Numbered from the stretch's first letter, positions 10,235 through 20,361 are shown. The stretch: 64,000 nt of DNA from Patescibacteria group bacterium (GCA_035528155.1 DATKZA010000035.1:5840-69839), one strand, 5' to 3'. Program-made: numbers and translations. The notes: a model not told the origin generated them from the sequence alone.

Positions 10235-11461
10235 ATGTGGTTTACCGTTAAATTGGCATGGCGGAACATATTCAGGAACAAGCGCCGCACCATCATTACC
10301 AGTATTGCCATCGGCATCGGCCTGGCCTCGCTTATTTTCACCGCGGCCCTGATGGAAGGGATGGTCCGCAACATGATCCAATCCGCCACATCATCGTTTT
10401 TGGGCGAAGCCCAGATTCACGGCCGTGATTTTCGCGAAACCCAGGAAGCCGACACGACGGTCAACAACCTGGAGCGGGTCACGGCGGAATTACAGCAGGA
10501 TCCCCTGGTGGCCCGATATACCCTGCGCACCCTCAGCATGGGCATGGTTACTTCTCCGGCCAATGTGAATGCCGCCCTGCTGGTGGGGGTGGAGCCGGAA
10601 AGCGAAAGGGGCCTCTCCAAAATCGCCGAGACAATTCAGAAAGGCGGTTTCTTCGCAGGTGAAAATCCCAGGGACATCGTGATCGGCAGCAAGCTGGCCG
10701 AAGACCTGGAGGTCTCCCTGGGGGACCGCGTCGTGGTCACGGTTTCCCAGGCCGGAAGCGGGGACCTGGCGCAGGAACTGTTCAGGATTTCCGGGATCTA
10801 CCGGTTCGGGATCAATGAGTTGGATTCGGGAATGGCCTTCATCCGGCTCAAAAAAGCGCAAACCATGCTGGGGATCGGGGCGCGGGTCCAGCAGATTGCC
10901 ATCAAATTCAGGAACATCCAAACCGCCGATACGGCCGGCGTTCCTTTCTGGAAAAAGTACTCCCGGTTTGACAATGAAGCCGTGCCCTGGACCAAGCTGT
11001 TGCCGCAGATGAAAGCGGTTCTGGGAATGATCGACATGTCACTGCTGATCATGGCGGTGATCCTTGGTTGCGTGGTGGTTTTCGGCATCATCAATTCGCT
11101 GTTCATGTCATTGTATGAACGGATGTTCGAGTTTGCCGTCATGCGGGCGGTGGGGACCCGCCCCGGCGGGCTTCGCAAGCTGATCATCCTGGAAGCCGGC
11201 GCCCTGGCCGTGATCAGCATAGTCCTGGGTACGGCCCTGGGAATGGCGTTGACCGCGATTTTTGCCCACAGTGGTATCGATTACCGGGGCATCGAATTCG
11301 CGGGCACCACCTTCCACGAACTGATCTACCCGGTGATGAGCTTCTGGCATTACATTGTCTTTCCTGCCGGCGTTCTTTTTTTTACCATGCTGGTGGCCGT
11401 GTACCCGGCCTGGGTGGCAGGCCGTTTGCAGATCGCCGCCGCCCTGAGAAAGAGTTTATAA
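10235..11461 (+). CDS. FtsX-family ABC permease (second LolC/LolE-like paralog)
   Basis: MWFTVKLAWRNIFRNKRRTIITSIAIGIGLASLIF; same architecture as the upstream permease. Confidence 0.85.
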   Translation: MWFTVKLAWRNIFRNKRRTIITSIAIGIGLASLIFTAALMEGMVRNMIQSATSSFLGEAQIHGRDFRETQEADTTVNNLERVTAELQQDPLVARYTLRTLSMGMVTSPANVNAALLVGVEPESERGLSKIAETIQKGGFFAGENPRDIVIGSKLAEDLEVSLGDRVVVTVSQAGSGDLAQELFRISGIYRFGINELDSGMAFIRLKKAQTMLGIGARVQQIAIKFRNIQTADTAGVPFWKKYSRFDNEAVPWTKLLPQMKAVLGMIDMSLLIMAVILGCVVVFGIINSLFMSLYERMFEFAVMRAVGTRPGGLRKLIILEAGALAVISIVLGTALGMALTAIFAHSGIDYRGIEFAGTTFHELIYPVMSFWHYIVFPAGVLFFTMLVAVYPAWVAGRLQIAAALRKSL

Positions 11462-11581
11462 GAGATGAACATGAAAAAAATCGCTGCCTTGGACCGGCGC
11501 AGGGCCAACACGGATAAAAACGATCTTTGGTTCTTCCGTGCTCGCTGCCTGCTCGTCTGCGGTTGAAAAAGGAGAACAAAA

Positions 11582-12280
11582 ATGGAGAAGCAAAAGCCTA
11601 TCATCGCGACCGAGAATGTCAAGAAAACCTATCAGGACAACGACGTGGAAGTTCAGGCGGTTCGCGGCGTGGACCTGACCATCTCGGCCGGTGAATTCAC
11701 CGCCATTGTGGGCCCATCCGGCTCAGGCAAAACCACGTTTTTGAATATCATCTCCGGCCTGGATACGCCGACTTCGGGGAAAGTCCGGCTCAATGGCAGG
11801 CCGTTGTCCGAAATAAGAGGCAGCGAACTGTCGGATTTCCGCCGCGATCATATCGGTTTCATTTTCCAGGCCTACAATCTGATTCCCGTATTGACGGTGG
11901 AGGAAAACGTCGAATACATCATGCTGCTGCAGGGGGTGGCCAAGGCGGAGCGGTATAAGCGGGTCATGGCGATACTGGAGGACGTGGGATTGCAGGGGTA
12001 TGCCCGCAGGCTGCCGGTAAAACTTTCCGGAGGTCAGCAGCAAAGGGTGGCCATCGCCCGGGCCATGGTCTCGAATCCCGACCTCATCCTGGCCGATGAA
12101 CCCACCGCCAACCTCGATTCCAAGACCGGCTCCGAACTCCTGGACATGATGAAGGAATTGAACGAAAGGAAGGGCATGACCTTTCTTTTTTCCACCCATG
12201 ACGAGATGATCATGAAAAGGGCCCGGCGGGTCATTACCTTGAAGGACGGCGTCGTTGCCGATGACGTGGTGAAAAAGTAA
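11582..12280 (+). CDS. ABC transporter ATP-binding protein (LolD/MacB ATPase type)
   Basis: Walker A GPSGSGKTT, signature LSGGQQQRVAIARA and Walker B ILADEPT. Confidence 0.9.
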   Translation: MEKQKPIIATENVKKTYQDNDVEVQAVRGVDLTISAGEFTAIVGPSGSGKTTFLNIISGLDTPTSGKVRLNGRPLSEIRGSELSDFRRDHIGFIFQAYNLIPVLTVEENVEYIMLLQGVAKAERYKRVMAILEDVGLQGYARRLPVKLSGGQQQRVAIARAMVSNPDLILADEPTANLDSKTGSELLDMMKELNERKGMTFLFSTHDEMIMKRARRVITLKDGVVADDVVKK

Positions 12281-12287
12281 ACGGCAA

Positions 12288-13571
12288 ATGAAAAAAATCG
12301 CGGCAGGCGCAATCTGGCTCGCCCTGGTGTTCTTTTTGGGAGCCACGCGGACGGCAACCGGCAGCGATCGGATCGATGTCGGCGGCTATTACAAATTCTT
12401 CTTTACCGCGTTCAATATGCCGGCTTACCGGCTGGGAACGGAGGAGTTCCGAGAGCCTCCCGTCGGCGCGGTGAACAATCGCCTGCGCCTGAAGCTTTCC
12501 GGCCAACCCAGCCGCTGGCTCTCATTTGAAGCGGCGTACGATTTTTCTCCCCGCATCCAGGACCCCTTGCTGTTCCAGGGCGATATCTATTTTGCCGCAC
12601 TTGATCCCGCTGCCTACCGGGTGGCTGATTTCCCCGGACGCATCGTTCCCGGCCAGGGGAAATCGGCCGGCAGTTTTGGGATCTTTCACAACCTGGACCG
12701 CTGTTTTGTCTCGATCAAAACTTCGCGGGCCGACATTTTTATCGGCCGGCAGGCCATTGCCTGGGGCAGCGGCCGTTTTGTTAATCCGACGGATGTCCTC
12801 GCCCCCTTTGCCTTCAATGAACTGGACAGCGAAGAGCGGCGGGGGGTGGATGCGGTTCGCGTCCGCATCCCCTTGGGCATGATGGATGAATTGGACCTGG
12901 GATATATTCCCGGCAACGATTTTGATTTCAAAAACAGTGCGTTTTATCTCAGGGGCAAGACCTACCAGCTGAAAACCGACATCGCCCTCCTGTTGATGGG
13001 ATTCCGGGAGAACCTCTTGATCGGCGTGGACCTGGGCCGTGCCGTCGGTGGGGCCGGTGCCTGGTGCGAAGCGGCCGTGGTGGATCCCGATTTTTTCCGG
13101 CCGGATGGCGATCCTCTGGCCGGGAATGAACGAGACAGTCGAACCTATCTCCGGGCTTCGCTGGGCATGGATTACAATTTCAGCGGCAGGTTCTATGGAT
13201 TTTTCGAATACCATTTCAACTCGGCGGGAAAGGAAAAACCGGGTGATGACAGCGATTTTTTTTCCGGCACCGCCTTTACGGAAGGGGCATCGTACCTGAT
13301 GGGGCGACACTACCTGAACCTGGGCATGACCTGCCAGCTTACGCCGCTGATTCCCTTCACCGCCGCGATGTTCGTCAATCTCGGCGACGGTTCGCTGATA
13401 CTGGCTCCCTCATTGGAATACAATGTCGCCGAGAATATCTACCTGGGCGGGGGAGCCTATGTCGGCCTGGGCAAAAAGCCTGAAAAAACAACTCCGGGCA
13501 AGACTTTTTTCCACTCTGAGTTCGGAGCGTACCCGGCGATGCTTTACACTTCTTTCCGGGTCTATTTTTAA
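12288..13571 (+). CDS. outer-membrane beta-barrel, alginate-export-family-like; signal peptide, C-terminal aromatic residue
   Basis: Signal peptide; the block ADIFIGRQAIAWGSGRFVNPTD resembles the alginate-export family; the protein ends in ...SFRVYF. It starts 8 nt after the ATPase stop. Confidence 0.55.
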   Translation: MKKIAAGAIWLALVFFLGATRTATGSDRIDVGGYYKFFFTAFNMPAYRLGTEEFREPPVGAVNNRLRLKLSGQPSRWLSFEAAYDFSPRIQDPLLFQGDIYFAALDPAAYRVADFPGRIVPGQGKSAGSFGIFHNLDRCFVSIKTSRADIFIGRQAIAWGSGRFVNPTDVLAPFAFNELDSEERRGVDAVRVRIPLGMMDELDLGYIPGNDFDFKNSAFYLRGKTYQLKTDIALLLMGFRENLLIGVDLGRAVGGAGAWCEAAVVDPDFFRPDGDPLAGNERDSRTYLRASLGMDYNFSGRFYGFFEYHFNSAGKEKPGDDSDFFSGTAFTEGASYLMGRHYLNLGMTCQLTPLIPFTAAMFVNLGDGSLILAPSLEYNVAENIYLGGGAYVGLGKKPEKTTPGKTFFHSEFGAYPAMLYTSFRVYF

Positions 13572-13637
13572 ACGATTCGCGAGGGCCGAGCCGGGGAGTG
13601 ACAAGGCTGTTCCTGATTTTTTCCGGTTGCGGAACGG

Positions 13638-14909
13638 TCAGGGTATGATGCCGCGCTGGCGTTGTTCCCGCCGTTTTTCAGAGCGGTCGACGATCAGGGC
13701 GGTGGCCGAGTCGCCCAACACGTTGAGCACGGTGCGGCACATGTCGAGGATCCGCTCCACGCCGATGATCAGGCCGATCCCCTCGGCCGGGATATTGGCC
13801 GATCCCAGCACCAGGGCCAGGGTGATGATGCCGATGCCGGGGATGCCCGCCGTGCCGATAGCGGCGAGAGTGGCGCTGAGAACGATGACCAGTTGTTGCT
13901 GCAGGGTCAGCGCGTAGCCGAACACCTGGGCGATGAACACGGCGCTGACTCCCTGGTAGATGGAGGTGCCGCTCATGTTGATGGTGGCTCCCAGGGGCAG
14001 GATGAAGGAGGCAATGTCGCGGTTGACCCCCAGTTTCTGTTCGCAGCTGATCATGTTTTCAGGCAGGACGGCGTTGGAACTCGAGGTGGAAAAGGCCAGC
14101 AGGCCGACGGAGCTCAGGTTGCGGAAAAAATGAAGGGGGTTGGTGCGGGCCAGGAGCAGGACGGCCAGGCCGTAGTAACCGAACAGGAACGCCGCCATGA
14201 CACCGATGGTCACCAGGGAATAGCGCAGGAGCGAAAGGAGAAAGTGGAAGCCGAACTGGGCCACCACCGAGGCGATCAGGGCGAAGACGGCGAAGGGGGC
14301 AAGCTTCATCACTCCCTTGACCAGGGCGATCAGGGCATCATTGACCGCCTCCAGGAGTTCCAGCACTTTTTCCCGCTTTTGAGCGGCGATCAGGGAAAAG
14401 GCCAGGCCCAGAAGCACGCTGAAAGTGATCACGGCCAGCATGTCGCCCCGGGCCAGGGCGGCAAAGGGATTGGCGGGGATGAGGTCGAGGAAAAAATCGG
14501 CGGCTTTTTTCTTTTTGCCGACGCCGGAGTCGATTTGTTTCTGAAAATCCGCATTCGTCCGTATCTCGGCCATAAGGGCCTGTTTCTTTTCGGGATCCAG
14601 GTGCTGGCCGGGTTTGAAGAGATTGGCCGCCGTCATCCCCAATGAAACGGCGAAAATCGTACTGATCAGAAAAAAGGACACTCCTTTCAAGCCTACCCGG
14701 CCCAGTTTTTTCAGGTCGCCGAAACCGGCGGTGGCGGCCATGATGGAGACCATGATCAGCGGGATGGTGATCATTTTCAGCAACTTGATGAAAAGATCCC
14801 CCAGGGGCTTGATATAGGCGGCGGCCTCGCCCCATTTGAGCAGCGCCAAAAGCGAACCGGTGATGGCTCCGCCCACCAGCCCGATAAAGATCTTCGTATG
14901 CATTTTCAT
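13638..14909 (-). CDS. gltP: dicarboxylate/amino acid:cation (Na+/H+) symporter, DAACS family
   Basis: Full-length similarity pattern of GltP/DctA-type carriers (ITIPLIMVSIMAATAG, NMSGTSIYQGVSAVFIAQ, multiple TM/HP regions). Confidence 0.8.
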   Translation of the reverse strand: MKMHTKIFIGLVGGAITGSLLALLKWGEAAAYIKPLGDLFIKLLKMITIPLIMVSIMAATAGFGDLKKLGRVGLKGVSFFLISTIFAVSLGMTAANLFKPGQHLDPEKKQALMAEIRTNADFQKQIDSGVGKKKKAADFFLDLIPANPFAALARGDMLAVITFSVLLGLAFSLIAAQKREKVLELLEAVNDALIALVKGVMKLAPFAVFALIASVVAQFGFHFLLSLLRYSLVTIGVMAAFLFGYYGLAVLLLARTNPLHFFRNLSSVGLLAFSTSSSNAVLPENMISCEQKLGVNRDIASFILPLGATINMSGTSIYQGVSAVFIAQVFGYALTLQQQLVIVLSATLAAIGTAGIPGIGIITLALVLGSANIPAEGIGLIIGVERILDMCRTVLNVLGDSATALIVDRSEKRREQRQRGIIP

Positions 14910-15064
14910 GGTTTTCCCTGATCGGCAGGTTCTTGTTCCATGACAAGGAACGATTCGACCGTATACAAAAATAGCAGAAAGCCCGGCGCCTGTAAATAGC
15001 GAATTTTTCCGAGGATGGATCTATGATTCGATTTCAGAACGAAAAATCTGAGAATGACGCATTT

Positions 15065-16069
15065 TTATTCTGGTAAAAGCAGCAGAATTTTTTTCAGCAG
15101 TTGCGGATCGTCGGGGAACTGGCCCACAGCGGGAAGGCGCCTCAGGAGTTCGGCCCACCTTTTGTCCTGTTTGAAAACTTTCCTGAACAGCGGTAGGCTT
15201 TCTTCCACCTGGCCCGAAGCGGCCATGGTGACCGCGGGCCAGAAGATCATTTCCGGGTTCTGCGGATAAATGCCCATGGCCAGGGTGTATTCGCGCAATG
15301 CCGCCTCCACGTTGTTGGCGGTCAGGTGGTCATCACCCAGGTTCATGTGGATGTAGGCCTTGGCCACTGTGAGCAGCCGCTGCAATTCCTGCAGGGGACG
15401 GGGATGGTCTTCGACGCGCAGGTCATAGATGCGGTTTTTCCAGGGCGTGCCCGAAGTTTCGCCGTTGACCACCAGCATGGCCGCCGATTGCCGGCCGCGG
15501 ATATCGCCCCCCTCTTTTTCGGCCGCCAGCAATGCCGCCATCAGGCGATCCGCCAATTCCCCGGGAGCGGCTTCAAAAGCCTTGGCCATGGCATCCCACA
15601 CGGTGTTTCTCTCCATCATGTTGGCCTGGCAGGAGTAGTTTTTACCCTGGTGGTGGCCTGCGGCCGGGATGCATTTTCCCCCTGTGTGCACGGCCACGTT
15701 GCCCAGGCGATCGACCATGGCCACTTGCCTGACGCCGGGGAATTTGTCGGTCAGCAAGAGGGCGGCCAGGGCTTGCGGGGCAGTTTTTTCCGCCCGCAGC
15801 AATTGCAGCCCCAATGGTCCGTAATCGGGTTCGACGAATGACTGCGTGGCGACGGCGCCTGTCCCGGCTTCGGCCCAGGTGACGACCGATCCCACCGAAA
15901 ACCAGTGGGACTGCACGGCCACGCCCATTTGGCCGTTGGCCGGATCATAGGCCACGATGGAATAGGTGGCGGCCGGGCGGACCGGTTCGGATCCCCGCAG
16001 GGAAGTTGCGGTGCTGGCAACAACAGCTATCAGGAAAAAGAACAAAAACGATCTTTTATTATATTGCAT
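15065..16069 (-). CDS. DUF1028-family (Ntn-hydrolase-fold) secreted protein with C-terminal TPR-like region
   Basis: Signal peptide, then TYSIVAYDPANGQMGVAVQSHWFSVGS, typical of DUF1028. Confidence 0.65.
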   Translation of the reverse strand: MQYNKRSFLFFFLIAVVASTATSLRGSEPVRPAATYSIVAYDPANGQMGVAVQSHWFSVGSVVTWAEAGTGAVATQSFVEPDYGPLGLQLLRAEKTAPQALAALLLTDKFPGVRQVAMVDRLGNVAVHTGGKCIPAAGHHQGKNYSCQANMMERNTVWDAMAKAFEAAPGELADRLMAALLAAEKEGGDIRGRQSAAMLVVNGETSGTPWKNRIYDLRVEDHPRPLQELQRLLTVAKAYIHMNLGDDHLTANNVEAALREYTLAMGIYPQNPEMIFWPAVTMAASGQVEESLPLFRKVFKQDKRWAELLRRLPAVGQFPDDPQLLKKILLLLPE

Positions 16070-16203
16070 GTCTTCCTCCCTGCAGATGATAATAGATTTT
16101 TATTTTATTGCCAACCCCTGGTTGTCGGCTCGGCCACTTTGGCGAATGCACCGCTTGCTGCAGCTGGTATGATTTTTCGATTTTTTTTGCTACAATAATT
16201 GTC

Positions 16204-17583
16204 ATGGAAGCAAGCAGACGAATACGGGTTGTTATCTGGTGCGCACTGGCCACGATGCTGGCCTTTCCCGGAGCGGTTTTGGCCGCGGAGGACAATTTGC
16301 CCACCTCGGTCTATTTCACCCTGGAGAACGGCTTGCAGGTCTTGCTGCAAGAGAAGCACGACCTGCCGCTGACCGGGCTTGCCTTGGCCATAGATCTTGG
16401 CACCAAGGATGAGACGGAACAGACCAGCGGTTATGCCCATTTGATTGAGCACATGCTCCTTTTCGGCGCCGGCTCCGAATTGGACAGCGAAACCCGGCTT
16501 GCGGAACTGCGTCGCCACGGCATCGCCCATAACGCCCATACCGATCACGACCTGATGACCTTTGAAATTTCCTGCCCTTCCGCAGACAGCATCTGGGCGC
16601 TGGAACGCCTGCGGCAAACGGTTTTTTTCAGCCGCATGGACCCGCTGCATTTGGAGAGCGAGAAGCGCATCATTCGCGAAGAGATCCTGCAGTTGCGCGA
16701 CAATCCCTCCTATCTGGGGCGTTTGCTTGTCATGGAAAGGCTTTTTGCCGGCCATCCCTACGGCCAGCCGGTCTATGGCGACGGTAGTTCCATCCAGGCC
16801 GCTACGGTCGAACGGCTTCAGGCTTTTTGCGACCGCCGGCTCGTCCCCGGTCGCTGTACCTTGTCGGTCATCGGCGCTTTCTCCTTAACCGAGATGGAAA
16901 AGGAGGTGCGCCGCAGCTGGGGTGAATTGGAAAAAAAACATTCCCTTGAGGCGACGGTTCTACTGGCAGAGGATCTAAAAAAGAGCAGTGAACAACAAAT
17001 TGAGTTGGACATACAGGAGAGTCATCTGTTTTTCGGTTGGCGGGCTCCCGATTTCAACCATGAGCACCGCCTGGCGCTCAACCTGCTGGTCCATATCTTG
17101 GGGCGCGGGTTGAACCCGCTTTTGAACCAGGCCCTGCGCGGCGGCCGGCAGTTGGCGCAGCAGTTCGACATAAGTTACCTGCCCTTGCGCAGCGGCGGCA
17201 TGATCCTGCTGCACCTGACACTCAGGGAAAAGGATATCCGCAGCGCCAAGAACGAAGTGACCCGCTTCCTGCGCCAACTCGGTTCCTTCAATTTCAGCCG
17301 TGAGGATTTTCGGCCCCAGAACAGAATGTACGTGCTTGACTTTTTGAGGGGCGCCAAGAATCAAATGGCTTACGGCACCGAGAATTTTCGCGAAGCGGTA
17401 CTGAACATGAGCGTTGCCAGCGCCCGCTTCCTGCTCCTGAACCGCAATCCTTTGAACGGCGCTTATCTCGAAAATGTGGAGAAAGTGAGTTCGTCCGATC
17501 TGCGCCGAGTCGCCAGGAAGTATTTGAGCGGAAAAAAATGGGCCGCATTGGTCATCAAGCCTTTGGCGGGGAAAAAGAAATGA
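16204..17583 (+). CDS. M16-family zinc peptidase (insulinase-like), secreted
   Basis: Inverted zinc motif HLIEH (HxxEH) and a downstream Glu region; signal peptide. The start was chosen at the internal ATG (MEASRRI). Confidence 0.8.
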   Translation: MEASRRIRVVIWCALATMLAFPGAVLAAEDNLPTSVYFTLENGLQVLLQEKHDLPLTGLALAIDLGTKDETEQTSGYAHLIEHMLLFGAGSELDSETRLAELRRHGIAHNAHTDHDLMTFEISCPSADSIWALERLRQTVFFSRMDPLHLESEKRIIREEILQLRDNPSYLGRLLVMERLFAGHPYGQPVYGDGSSIQAATVERLQAFCDRRLVPGRCTLSVIGAFSLTEMEKEVRRSWGELEKKHSLEATVLLAEDLKKSSEQQIELDIQESHLFFGWRAPDFNHEHRLALNLLVHILGRGLNPLLNQALRGGRQLAQQFDISYLPLRSGGMILLHLTLREKDIRSAKNEVTRFLRQLGSFNFSREDFRPQNRMYVLDFLRGAKNQMAYGTENFREAVLNMSVASARFLLLNRNPLNGAYLENVEKVSSSDLRRVARKYLSGKKWAALVIKPLAGKKK

Positions 17584-18893
17584 AATCGCTCTCTATTTTT
17601 TTGGCCGGTTTGTTGTTCTGGTTTGCAGGAATGGCCGGGATGGCTGCCGAAGAGATCCCCTGGCAATTGGGCCGTGAGCCTGAGGCGTACGCCCTGGGGA
17701 ACGACTTGTCCGTTATTTTGCAGAAGGATGATGCCGCGGCCATTACCGCTGTCCAACTGCTGGTGCGGGGCGGTGACCGGGACGATCCGGCCGGACTCAG
17801 CGGCCTGGCGTATCTCACTGCGCGTCTGAGCCTGGAGATCCCCGACCAGTCGAAACTGCAGCAGCTGATGGATTTCGGCTCGTCGTTTTCTTTGGCAGTC
17901 GGCGGCGATTATACGCTACTCAGCGTACGTTCCCTGAGCCGGCACCTGGATGCAACCCTGGCCATCATCAGCGCCATCTTGGTCAAACCCCTTTTCTCTG
18001 ACTTGCGCATCGATGCGATAAAGGAACTGATGCGGCACCTGCAAAAAAGGGAGATGGATGACCCGACCAATTTGATGCGCCTGACCCTGGCCCGGACTTT
18101 TTTTGCAAACAGCGCTTATGGCGCGGCCCGCTTCGGTAGCGAAACCTCGCTGGCTGAGATCGGCAAAAAGGACATCCAAGCCTTTTTCCGCAGCCATTAC
18201 GTGGCCGGCAACATGACGGCCGTGGTCATCAGCGACCTGGATGCGGATGTCATCAAGCCGATCCTGAACCGCCATCTCGGCGTAATCCCCACGGGGCCGC
18301 GGCTGCCGTTTAAACCGGCGGGGCTGCGTCCGCTTCCATCGCAGCGGCTGACGCTCGGGCGCCAGTCGGCCCAAGCCCACCTTTCTCTCTCCGTGCTGCT
18401 GCCGGAAGCAACACCAGATCATTTCATTATGGCCGCCCTGCTGGAAACCTGGCTGGGCAAAGGCATCGGCAGCCGCTTGTGGTCCCTGCGCAGCCGTGAC
18501 GATCTTGCCTATGGCTTGAATGCCGAATTGCGGCCCAATCGCGAGGCCATGCTGCTCAGTGTTTATCTGCAAACCGACAACCGCCGCAGTCCGCAGGCGC
18601 TGAAGGAACTGATGCAACTGATGCAAACGGTTCATGATACCGGCAGTGATGAAGCGGAGTTGGCCGCGGCCAAAGCCTACGCCCGGGCCGATTTTTGGCG
18701 TGAGAATGAAACCCGTGAACACCGCGCCGCCACCCTGGCCTTCCTGGAAGGCAGCGGACTGTCCTATCGCCTGGCCGGTGATTTCAGCGAACGGCTGGAA
18801 AAAATCAGCCTGGAGGAATTCAACCGCGCGCTCCGCGCCTGGCTGGCTCCCGAACGTTGGTTCGTATTGCATATCGGTCCGGCGGCAAAGTAG
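17580..18893 (+). CDS. M16-family peptidase paralog (likely non-catalytic partner subunit), secreted
   Basis: Overlaps the upstream M16 stop by 4 nt. It has the M16 fold pattern without HxxEH and a signal peptide. Confidence 0.75.
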   Translation: MKSLSIFLAGLLFWFAGMAGMAAEEIPWQLGREPEAYALGNDLSVILQKDDAAAITAVQLLVRGGDRDDPAGLSGLAYLTARLSLEIPDQSKLQQLMDFGSSFSLAVGGDYTLLSVRSLSRHLDATLAIISAILVKPLFSDLRIDAIKELMRHLQKREMDDPTNLMRLTLARTFFANSAYGAARFGSETSLAEIGKKDIQAFFRSHYVAGNMTAVVISDLDADVIKPILNRHLGVIPTGPRLPFKPAGLRPLPSQRLTLGRQSAQAHLSLSVLLPEATPDHFIMAALLETWLGKGIGSRLWSLRSRDDLAYGLNAELRPNREAMLLSVYLQTDNRRSPQALKELMQLMQTVHDTGSDEAELAAAKAYARADFWRENETREHRAATLAFLEGSGLSYRLAGDFSERLEKISLEEFNRALRAWLAPERWFVLHIGPAAK

Positions 18894-18906
18894 TTCTCGT
18901 TTTGGC

Positions 18907-18935
18907 TTGCAATCTCCTGTAAAAAATTGTATAAG
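18907..18935 (+). promoter_or_regulatory. candidate sigma70 promoter (TTGCAA - 17 nt - TATAAG) ending 5 nt before the beta-CASP ATG
   Basis: Hexamers read directly in the sequence. No SD lies between the -10 and the ATG at 18941. Confidence 0.35.
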
Positions 18936-18940
18936 AAAAA

Positions 18941-20347
18941 ATGGCTATAAAACTCTTTTCTCACGGCGCCTGCGCCGAAGTGACGGGTTCCAAGCATTTC
19001 CTGGACATTGACGGCCGGCTGCTGCAGATCGATTGCGGCATGTTCCAGGGCCGACGCGCTGAATCCTACCAGAAGAACCGGGACATGCTGTACGACCCGG
19101 GGGCAGTGCGTGCCGTCATCCTGACCCACGCCCATTTCGACCATTCCGGTGCCCTGCCGATCATGCTCCAGAAAGGTTTCACCGGCAACATCCATTCCAC
19201 CTCCGCCAGCCGCGATGTCACCCAGATCATCCTCCTGGACAGCGCCTATATCCAGCAAAAGGATTTTGAGATCCTCCAGGAAAAGGCGACCAAGCACCCT
19301 GAAAGGAAATTGACCGTTTACCCGCCCCTGTACAGTGCTCAAGAGGCCGTTGCTGTCTTGGGCAATTTCGTCACCAGCAACTACCACCGCAAGTTCAGTC
19401 CCCTGGAAGGCGTGGAAGCGGAATTTTGCGATGCCGGCCATATCCTGGGCGCGGCCACGGTGCACCTGACCGTCCAGGACCGCCTGCGTATCGGATTCAG
19501 CGGCGATCTCGGCCGCCGCGGCTTGCCGATCATCCGTGATCCCGAGATCATGCCCCCTATGGATTATTTGGTCCTGGAATCGACCTACGGCAACCGGCTG
19601 CACAAGTCCATTGACCTGGCCGGCGAGGAGTTGAGCGAGATCATTCACAAAGCCCATTCCCGGCGCGGCAAGATCATCATCCCTGCCTTCACCATCGAGC
19701 GCACCCAGGAACTGATCTACCTGATCCATGTTCTGCAGCAGGAGGGGAAGATTCCCATCCTGCCCATCTTCATCGATTCGCCCATGGCGGTCAATGCCAC
19801 CGCCATTTTCAAGATCCATCCCGAATGCTTTGACGAGGAGACCATGCGCCGCTTCACCGGAGCCAACGTCGATCCTTTCGGCTTCGACAACATCCGCTAC
19901 GTGGTTTCCACGGCCGAGTCCAAGGAGATCAATGCCTTCGATGGTCCGGCCATCATCATTTCGGCCAGCGGCATGGCCGAATCGGGACGCATCCTGCACC
20001 ACCTGATCCGCCGCATTGAAAATCCGGCCAATATCGTGGCCATCGTCGGCTTCATGGCCGAGCACACCCTGGGACGGCGGCTGGTGGAGCGGGCCCCTGA
20101 GATAAGGATCTTCGGGCGGAGTTACAAAGTCAAGGCCGAGATCGCAACCCTGAACGCCTTTTCCGGCCATGCCGATTACGCCGAAACCATCGAGTGGCTC
20201 TCGCGCCATGACTGGAAGCGCTTGAAAAAAATATTCCTGGTGCATGGCGAGGAACCGGCCCTATTGAACCTGCAAAAAGAACTATTGCGCTTCGGCATCC
20301 CCCAGGTGGAGATCGTCCGCTATGGCGGCTCCTACGAGTTGAATTAG
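18941..20347 (+). CDS. MBL-fold beta-CASP family nuclease (RNA-metabolising metallo-beta-lactamase)
   Basis: HAHFDHSG metal-binding motif, beta-CASP region and C-terminal His motifs; N-terminus ...EVTGSKHFL. Confidence 0.8.
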   Translation: MAIKLFSHGACAEVTGSKHFLDIDGRLLQIDCGMFQGRRAESYQKNRDMLYDPGAVRAVILTHAHFDHSGALPIMLQKGFTGNIHSTSASRDVTQIILLDSAYIQQKDFEILQEKATKHPERKLTVYPPLYSAQEAVAVLGNFVTSNYHRKFSPLEGVEAEFCDAGHILGAATVHLTVQDRLRIGFSGDLGRRGLPIIRDPEIMPPMDYLVLESTYGNRLHKSIDLAGEELSEIIHKAHSRRGKIIIPAFTIERTQELIYLIHVLQQEGKIPILPIFIDSPMAVNATAIFKIHPECFDEETMRRFTGANVDPFGFDNIRYVVSTAESKEINAFDGPAIIISASGMAESGRILHHLIRRIENPANIVAIVGFMAEHTLGRRLVERAPEIRIFGRSYKVKAEIATLNAFSGHADYAETIEWLSRHDWKRLKKIFLVHGEEPALLNLQKELLRFGIPQVEIVRYGGSYELN

Positions 20348-20361
20348 AACGCCTCGACGCT

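Noticed and set aside
13662-14645. 327-aa plus-strand ORF antisense to the gltP-like gene
   Set aside because: It has a Gly/Asp/His-rich low-complexity translation. The transporter on the minus strand has clear TM and HP motifs.
18764-20245. 493-aa minus-strand ORF antisense to the beta-CASP nuclease gene
   Set aside because: It is a shadow ORF in GC-rich coding DNA; the plus-strand product has the HxHxDH motif and the beta-CASP domain.
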